Source: a virus
Taxonomy: Duplodnaviria > Caudoviricetes
DNA: 44,557 bases
Direction: 5' to 3' (one strand)
IMG/VR virus record: IMGVR_UViG_3300026085_000002
Coordinates: 1-44,557 of that record
Under the pieces are notes generated by a model. That model had not been told where the DNA came from and searched no databases. It was given only the letters and a program-made list of their open reading frames with translations. The position numbers and the translations under genes are program-made. Positions 39,324 to 44,557 of this stretch are shown here, in pieces (within the stretch, counting starts at the first letter, position 1; each line of letters opens with the position of its first letter).

Positions 39324-40603
39324 TATGCCGCCTCTTTTAATTCATAATGACAGGTAATGCCGTGTGGTGCTTCAATTGAATCATCGGAATGAATAACCCA
39401 AACTGTATCACAATAGTTTTCATCACCCCAGTTATATGAGTAACCGTCAGTGAACACAATAAATTTCTTGGGTTCGATTCCGTGTTCTTTCATATACTTC
39501 CAATTTGCATCAAAGTCAGTACCGCCACCACCGGCAAGTTGGTAATCTTCAATTGATTCACCGCTATCAGGTGTGTAGTCTTTTTCGTTGTAAACTTCTG
39601 TATCAAAGCACCAAATTTTAATTTTGTAATCGTCATATTGATCACAGATGCCTTTAACTTCACCTAAGAAGTCTTGTGCTTCTCTACTACCAATTGAGCC
39701 ACTCATATCAAGTGCAATAGCAATATCAATAGTTTGATCAAAATCCATACCAGGAAGTACTGCACCAGTGTGCCAAGCCTTACGTGAAGGACGCATAAAT
39801 GTATAGTTGCTCTTCATTACAGATTGAATCTGTTGATTCAAAATTTCACGCCAGTTCATCTTAGGTTCAGTAAGTTCTTTAATAATACGTTGTACGCCTT
39901 TAGGAACATTACCAACACCAGCCGCCTGTGCTGATGAAACCATAGCCTCTTTTAATTGATCTCTAATTTTACGAAGTTCTTCTTTGGTATAAGTAGGTTG
40001 TCCGTCCTTACCTTTTTTCTTTTTAGTTTTACCGTTAGGGCCTTGGCCTTTGCCTTTTTCCCAATCAATGTGTTCGTCAATTAGTTTACCTAACTGCTCA
40101 AGTGTTTCTTTGTCGTATTTTTTATAGATATCGTCATACACAGCCTCAGATGCCCAACCATAGTATTTTGGATCGTGAAAGGGTTTAACCTGTGTAATAA
40201 CTTCGCCGATGTTATGACGAATTAGATCACCGTTAACGCAATAGTCAGCGGCGATATTATAAAGTTGTGGATCGCGATCATCTCTACGAGTAAAGTGATC
40301 ATAAACACAATGTAGTGTTTCGTGTCCAAATAAAAATTCTGTTTGTTTAAGTGATAGTGTGTTTACAAAGTTTTCATTATAGTAGAAGTTAACACCATCA
40401 GTTGCCGCGGTAGAACACCAGTCAGTTGCATCGATTAATTTAAGACGTGTAACCATATTACCAAAAAACGGCTGACGAATTAAAAGACCAATTCTTGCTG
40501 TAACTAGTTTCTGTAATACATCTTTTGAATTGATATTAGGATCACGTTCGTAGATTTTTCCATCTAACATATCCTGTTCTACTGCTGTTGTGGTCTGTGA
40601 CAT
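39323..40603 (-). CDS. DUF2201-like protein: HExxH metallopeptidase domain plus vWA domain
   Basis: TAATDG, HETLH, NIAADYCVN; MIDAS elements DMSGS, GGGGTDF, FTDG. Confidence 0.9.
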   Translation of the reverse strand: MSQTTTAVEQDMLDGKIYERDPNINSKDVLQKLVTARIGLLIRQPFFGNMVTRLKLIDATDWCSTAATDGVNFYYNENFVNTLSLKQTEFLFGHETLHCVYDHFTRRDDRDPQLYNIAADYCVNGDLIRHNIGEVITQVKPFHDPKYYGWASEAVYDDIYKKYDKETLEQLGKLIDEHIDWEKGKGQGPNGKTKKKKGKDGQPTYTKEELRKIRDQLKEAMVSSAQAAGVGNVPKGVQRIIKELTEPKMNWREILNQQIQSVMKSNYTFMRPSRKAWHTGAVLPGMDFDQTIDIAIALDMSGSIGSREAQDFLGEVKGICDQYDDYKIKIWCFDTEVYNEKDYTPDSGESIEDYQLAGGGGTDFDANWKYMKEHGIEPKKFIVFTDGYSYNWGDENYCDTVWVIHSDDSIEAPHGITCHYELKEAA

Positions 40604-40608
40604 ATAAA

Positions 40609-40660
40609 CTCCTATCTTCTAACTATACTTATAGTATAGCATCTTTTGGATTATTGTCAA
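40609..40660 (-). promoter_or_regulatory. Early sigma70-like promoter/leader cassette
   Basis: TTGACA-16-TATACT (with TGn extension), then TATAGTTAGAA and TAGGAG. Confidence 0.75.
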
Positions 40661-40661
40661 C

Positions 40662-41237
40662 CTAGAATTTGGATAAAAATTGGTTTTGCATATCCATTTT
40701 GGCTTGCAAATAAGAATAGGATTCTTCCAATTTTCTTGGAGTATATTCTCCGGGTTTGAATACATATTCTACTGCTGAACTTGGAAGTTTTGAAGTTTTA
40801 AGACCATCACCTGCGTCAGTTACATAAGGAAGTAAATCCATTTTGGATATAATTGCTACCGCATTTCTATCACAGATTAAAAGAAATTCTGCATACGAGT
40901 CGGGTAATGTTCGTCCTTCACTGCTACCTCGCGAGTTCATAAGTTGCAATTCTGCAACATATTTTTTTGGTTGTTTCTTTTTAGCGGTAAAAAGACTTCC
41001 ATCGGTATACTTCATTTCTATAGTAACACCTTCGGGTCCAATATGATCAACGCCTTCTTGATTAACGTATTGTAAATTTTGATCGGAAAATAACTCTAAC
41101 GCTTTTTCAAAAAGATCGCTTTTATCAAAGCGTAATTTTCTTTCGTTAAGTTCGTTACCAATTTGATCAACAAGTGTAACATACTTGTTCCAATCTACAT
41201 TGTTAGATAACCAGTTCTTTAATTCTATAGTTTGCAA
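40662..41237 (-). CDS. Putative PD-(D/E)XK restriction-fold nuclease
   Basis: Helix SDLFEKAL, then GVDHIGPEGVTIEMKY (D-x9-E-x-K). Start revised to TTG 41237, 8 nt after AGGAG. Confidence 0.55.
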   Translation of the reverse strand: MQTIELKNWLSNNVDWNKYVTLVDQIGNELNERKLRFDKSDLFEKALELFSDQNLQYVNQEGVDHIGPEGVTIEMKYTDGSLFTAKKKQPKKYVAELQLMNSRGSSEGRTLPDSYAEFLLICDRNAVAIISKMDLLPYVTDAGDGLKTSKLPSSAVEYVFKPGEYTPRKLEESYSYLQAKMDMQNQFLSKF

Positions 41238-41245
41238 TACTATTT

Positions 41246-41295
41246 CTCCTATGCACAACTATATATATTATACTATCTTTTGCTAGGAGATACAA
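41246..41295 (-). promoter_or_regulatory. Early sigma70-like promoter/leader cassette
   Basis: TTGTAT-17-TATAAT, then TATAGTT...TAGGAG. Confidence 0.7.
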
Positions 41296-41313
41296 CTGGT
41301 TTGGTAAAAAAAG

Positions 41314-41541
41314 TTATAGAGCCATTGCTCTTTCTACTTTATCTAGCACGGCTTTTGAATGTTTACATTTACCGTAATAAGAAAATCCTACACACTCACA
41401 TTGAAAACCCTTGTCAGTAAGTGCAACATTGTATTCATTACCTTTGGATCCTTTTACAGGCCATTCAATTCCTACCATCCAATGATCCTTAGGATCAAAA
41501 AATGTAGGTTTAAGATAATGTGTTTTGAATTTTTTGTTCAT
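41314..41541 (-). CDS. SWIM zinc-finger protein
   Basis: VKGSKGNEYNV...CECVGFSYYGKCKH fits CxC-x(n)-CxH. Confidence 0.85.
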   Translation of the reverse strand: MNKKFKTHYLKPTFFDPKDHWMVGIEWPVKGSKGNEYNVALTDKGFQCECVGFSYYGKCKHSKAVLDKVERAMAL

Positions 41542-41551
41542 AAACTCTCTA

Positions 41552-41580
41552 ATAAAGCGAGGGGATCCGAAGACCCCCTC
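41552..41580 (-). terminator. C(UUCG)G hairpin after the AAA+ gene (terminator or stabilising stem)
   Basis: GAGGGGGTC-TTCG-GATCCCCTC followed by GCTTTAT, a weak U tract. Confidence 0.7.
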
Positions 41581-41592
41581 TATAGTTAGTTT

Positions 41593-42684
41593 TTAGGAAG
41601 CCATTGCGGCTTGCACGTACTTTCCATACTTGTCGTGGAAACGATCAAAGTTCTTTAAATCCTTAGGATTAAAAGGAAGTTTGTAGGTTGTAATTGCAAC
41701 CCTTGTTCCCATAACTACAAGTTCAGTTTCAAAATTGTCCATCATAAAGCCAAAGAAATTATCAGCCATTTGATTCCAATTTTTAGCCTTTGCCTTAAAA
41801 GCCTCTTGTAGTTCATAGCACATACTTACAGTTAGTGAATACATCGCTGAGATGTCTTTACTTTCCATAGTCTTTACTTTACCGTCAAGTATGTCGGTAG
41901 GATTTGGCAAAGTTGAAGCAACCTTACGGTGTGCCGCAAATTTAACTGCCAAACCTTCTCCAACGGCGCCTGCCACCAAGTCTGTAAGTGTAGACTCAGG
42001 TAAGTCGTCATCGAGAAGTTCGCTCACGAAACTCCAACTACGTGGAGTAGCAAATGCACGTGAACTACTCTTAGGATCAAAGTCATATAGATCCTGTTTT
42101 GCAAAAGAGCAGTAACCAACTACATCTGCGTGAATTTTGTTTTCAGTTGCCCACTGCAACCAGTCTTCAAAGTCCACTCTCATTTCTAAGTGGATAAAAC
42201 GGTTTGCCAATGGAGCCGGCATACGGTACGTTACACCTTTATCGGTTTCACGGTTACCAGCGGCGACAATCATTACGTTGTCCGGCAACTTGTAAGTACC
42301 AACCCTACGGTTAAGTACCAATTGATATGCCGCGGCCTGTACTGACGGTGCGGCGGAATTCATTTCGTCCATAAAAAGAACGATGTGTTTATATTTCTTC
42401 GCTAACTTCTCATCTGGAAGTTCTACTGGTGGTGCCCATTTCATAGTGTTATCGTTTGCACTATAATAAGGCATACCTTTTACATCTGTTGGTTCCCATA
42501 GTGAAAGACGAACGTCAATCAATAGTGAATTTTCAAATGCGTTAGTGATTTGACTAACAATGTCTGATTTACCAATGCCTGGAGGTCCCCATAAAAATAC
42601 TGGACGACCTTTTGTCATCGCGTGACGCAATGATGCCTTTGCTTCGTTTGGTGTTACTGTACGTGCTTCTGTTGTTTGTGCCAT
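41593..42684 (-). CDS. MoxR-like AAA+ ATPase
   Basis: Walker A GPPGIGKS, Walker B LFMDE, AAGNR, LANRF (Arg finger), TPRSW (sensor 2). Confidence 0.92.
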   Translation of the reverse strand: MAQTTEARTVTPNEAKASLRHAMTKGRPVFLWGPPGIGKSDIVSQITNAFENSLLIDVRLSLWEPTDVKGMPYYSANDNTMKWAPPVELPDEKLAKKYKHIVLFMDEMNSAAPSVQAAAYQLVLNRRVGTYKLPDNVMIVAAGNRETDKGVTYRMPAPLANRFIHLEMRVDFEDWLQWATENKIHADVVGYCSFAKQDLYDFDPKSSSRAFATPRSWSFVSELLDDDLPESTLTDLVAGAVGEGLAVKFAAHRKVASTLPNPTDILDGKVKTMESKDISAMYSLTVSMCYELQEAFKAKAKNWNQMADNFFGFMMDNFETELVVMGTRVAITTYKLPFNPKDLKNFDRFHDKYGKYVQAAMAS

Positions 42685-42693
42685 TTTGTTGTG

Positions 42694-42746
42694 CCTCCTA
42701 ATTTCTAACTATATGTATATAATACACTCATTAGGATATTTGTCAA
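42694..42746 (-). promoter_or_regulatory. Early sigma70-like promoter/leader cassette
   Basis: TTGACA-16-TATTAT, then TATAGTTAGAA and TAGGAGG. Confidence 0.75.
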
Positions 42747-42789
42747 CTAGTTTTTTCCATTATTTTGGAAAAAAACTGTCCAAAATGAA

Positions 42790-43182
42790 CTATTCTGCTG
42801 ATATTTCTTTTGCCATAGCACGGGCAAGACCGTACTGTTTGATATCCCCAGCAAACATCATAAGTTGTAATGCCATTTTTTCGCTGAATACATAGATACG
42901 TTTTTTTGTAACGTAATAAGGACAATCTATAAATTCGTCAAGATATAAGAATACTTGAGGTGTAAATTTGATTTCGTTTGGAAATTGTATTTCGTAGGAT
43001 TTTAATTGAACCGTATCAACAGCATATTCAAATCCATAGTTAGTTAATCGAAGTCCTTTTTCGCCTTTTGCTCTTGTGTTTTGCCACCAAAGCATATAGT
43101 TCTTTTTAATTGCTTCGGTGCTTATATCTGTTGCACCTGCACCAATCATAAAAGTCTTAGTGTATGCTTCTTTAATATCCAT
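42790..43182 (-). CDS. Hypothetical protein
   Basis: 130-aa ORF overlapping the upstream stop. Confidence 0.75.
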   Translation of the reverse strand: MDIKEAYTKTFMIGAGATDISTEAIKKNYMLWWQNTRAKGEKGLRLTNYGFEYAVDTVQLKSYEIQFPNEIKFTPQVFLYLDEFIDCPYYVTKKRIYVFSEKMALQLMMFAGDIKQYGLARAMAKEISAE

Positions 43183-43462
43183 TTACTTTCTCACCTTGTG
43201 TAAGTTTGAAAACTTCAAAGTCTTTGGTGTTGAAAGTACGGTTTAATTTTTTGGCAAGATTAAATGCGTGTCCGGGATTTGAAAAACTAACCTTTTTGTA
43301 CTTAGGTCCTGGTGTAGGACTAGCACTATTCAATGACTTTAAGTTAAACGGTTTTCCTTTATAAAAAACTGCCCAAATACCCTCTGCTTGTAAAATTTGT
43401 TCAGTACGATAGGTGTTCCTATCTGTAAAATCTAACAGTATTGTTGGTTTAGGTCTGCTCAT
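43172..43462 (-). CDS. Basic hypothetical protein, probably late-regulated
   Basis: AAAGGA RBS, with an upstream TAAATA and hairpin. Confidence 0.8.
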   Translation of the reverse strand: MSRPKPTILLDFTDRNTYRTEQILQAEGIWAVFYKGKPFNLKSLNSASPTPGPKYKKVSFSNPGHAFNLAKKLNRTFNTKDFEVFKLTQGEKVNGY

Positions 43463-43500
43463 ACGTATACAAATTCCTTTAGTTATATACGTATATTTAT
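43460..43500 (-). promoter_or_regulatory. Late promoter (ATAAATA) overlapping an RBS/start-codon-sequestering inverted repeat
   Basis: Minus strand reads ATAAATATACGTATATAACTAAAGGAATTTGTATACGTATG. Confidence 0.6.
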
Positions 43501-43506
43501 CTAATA

Positions 43507-43728
43507 TTAGAAGTTTCCGCCGTCCATTTGCACGTTAATTGACTCTTCTGTAGGCGTGTTATTATCCTGTAATTCAACAAGTCTAGCCATTAAAAGTGAT
43601 ATGCTTGTTCCTAGATCCTTGTACTGCGGATCAGGAAGTTTAAGTTCACGCTGGTTAGTCTTAGTTGCTACTTTAACCTGCTCCAGAAAGTTTTCAATTG
43701 GTAAAGTATTAAGTGGCTTTCGAGACAT
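43507..43728 (-). CDS. Hypothetical protein
   Basis: 73-aa ORF that fills the operon gap. Confidence 0.65.
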   Translation of the reverse strand: MSRKPLNTLPIENFLEQVKVATKTNQRELKLPDPQYKDLGTSISLLMARLVELQDNNTPTEESINVQMDGGNF

Positions 43729-44179
43729 ATGATAGTACCTGTTTCATTTCCATTTCTGTTGTAAATGGTCCTTTAAATCTGTATCTTTGCAGTGTAATAA
43801 GTTTAGGACAAAATGATTTAACCCAACCCTTTTGAAACTTAATACAGTAATAACCTGCACAATACAAACTTTTGCTTTTCCTACTCTTGCTAAACAACGG
43901 TAGTCCTTGTTTTACATCATACAAAGGATTGTATGCAAAAGTGCTTGTTGGAAATCCTGTTACTTCTTTAATTTTTGATTGCTTTGTATTTTTATTATAA
44001 ACTTCTTCGAAGAAGTCATCACCGAATGTACTGCGAAGATGATCTTCGTTTTCAAATCGAACTTTATCAGATTTGGTTACAAAGTAGTAACAATTTGTAT
44101 CTTTTTGTAATGTTCCTACTTTTCTACCTTTGTCTTGTACAATCCAAAACTTATTAGGCACTAACTGTTTCGCGAGCAT
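43709..44179 (-). CDS. Hypothetical protein
   Basis: Start revised to ATG 44179 (MLAKQLV), which follows GGAGGG. The longer ORF-track start overlaps the upstream gene heavily. Confidence 0.75.
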   Translation of the reverse strand: MLAKQLVPNKFWIVQDKGRKVGTLQKDTNCYYFVTKSDKVRFENEDHLRSTFGDDFFEEVYNKNTKQSKIKEVTGFPTSTFAYNPLYDVKQGLPLFSKSRKSKSLYCAGYYCIKFQKGWVKSFCPKLITLQRYRFKGPFTTEMEMKQVLSYVSKAT

Positions 44180-44557
44180 ATATCCCTCCATATTTTGCAT
44201 TAAGTGGCTCAGCAAATGATTGAGCCTGTTCTGTGATTCTATTAAGTTCGTAAGAACTTGCAAACTGCACAAGGCGAACGCCTACTTGTTTTACATCTTT
44301 TTGTTGTGCAATACCGTCTGCAATAGTTTTACTTATTAATTCTTTTATATCTTTAGGTTGTGCTTTTAAATCGCAAAGTGTAACGTTACGATTGTAATCG
44401 TCTAATACTCTGTGTTCTACACCTTCGTGATCAACCCAACGTTGTAGCATTAAGTTGTTCCAATTATAACCTTTGCTAGATCTGTCTTCGAATGCTTCTT
44501 GTAATCCAACTTTGTTCTTTGTACCTTTTACACGAACACCTGGATAAGCACTGAACA
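44154..44557 (-). CDS. C-terminal part of a probable T4 RNase H-like 5'-3' exonuclease; 5' end outside the window
   Basis: The frame is open to the window end: FSAYPGVRVKGTKNKVGL...NLMLQRW...YNRNVTLCDLKAQP. This resembles the H3TH (PGV) region and the RN..L.DL motif of the family. Confidence 0.65.
   Translation of the reverse strand, partial: FSAYPGVRVKGTKNKVGLQEAFEDRSSKGYNWNNLMLQRWVDHEGVEHRVLDDYNRNVTLCDLKAQPKDIKELISKTIADGIAQQKDVKQVGVRLVQFASSYELNRITEQAQSFAEPLNAKYGGIYARETVSA

Noticed and set aside
1-44557. Stop-codon reassignment
   Set aside because: Genes are full length and tightly packed in the standard code, and TAG stops fall just before the next gene or intergenic signal.
1-44557. CRISPR array, tRNA or structured ncRNA
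   Set aside because: Intergenic gaps are under about 110 nt and are explained by promoters or terminators; no repeat-spacer or cloverleaf pattern seen.

Overview
An AT-rich fragment of a large contractile-tailed (myovirus, probably jumbo) phage with T4-like recombination and transcription genes. It has three blocks. (1) Minus strand, 1-2684: gp46/gp47 (Rad50/Mre11-like) nuclease pair and a gp55-like late sigma factor. (2) Plus strand, 2776-36996: a late structural operon running tube-initiator-like, gp53-like, hub, gp5-like spike, gp25, gp6, a 4629-aa multidomain baseplate protein, a 220-aa baseplate protein and four paralogous fibre-like proteins, with a 2OG-Fe(II) oxygenase embedded among them. 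(3) Minus strand, 37049-44557: thyX, hypothetical genes, a module of MoxR-like AAA+, SWIM finger, PD-(D/E)XK-like nuclease and HExxH-peptidase-vWA genes, and a truncated probable 5'-3' exonuclease. The most notable signals are an apparent absence of AGCT, CATG and GCWGC enforced through codon choice, a methylase-less restriction-like nuclease, a cupredoxin site, YHYH domain and FG-GAP propeller within the giant baseplate protein, TAAATA late promoters 5 nt before ATG (probably leaderless mRNAs), an RBS-occluding hairpin overlapped by a late promoter, and a conserved early promoter/leader cassette. All calls come from reading motifs by eye. No searches or counts by program were run.
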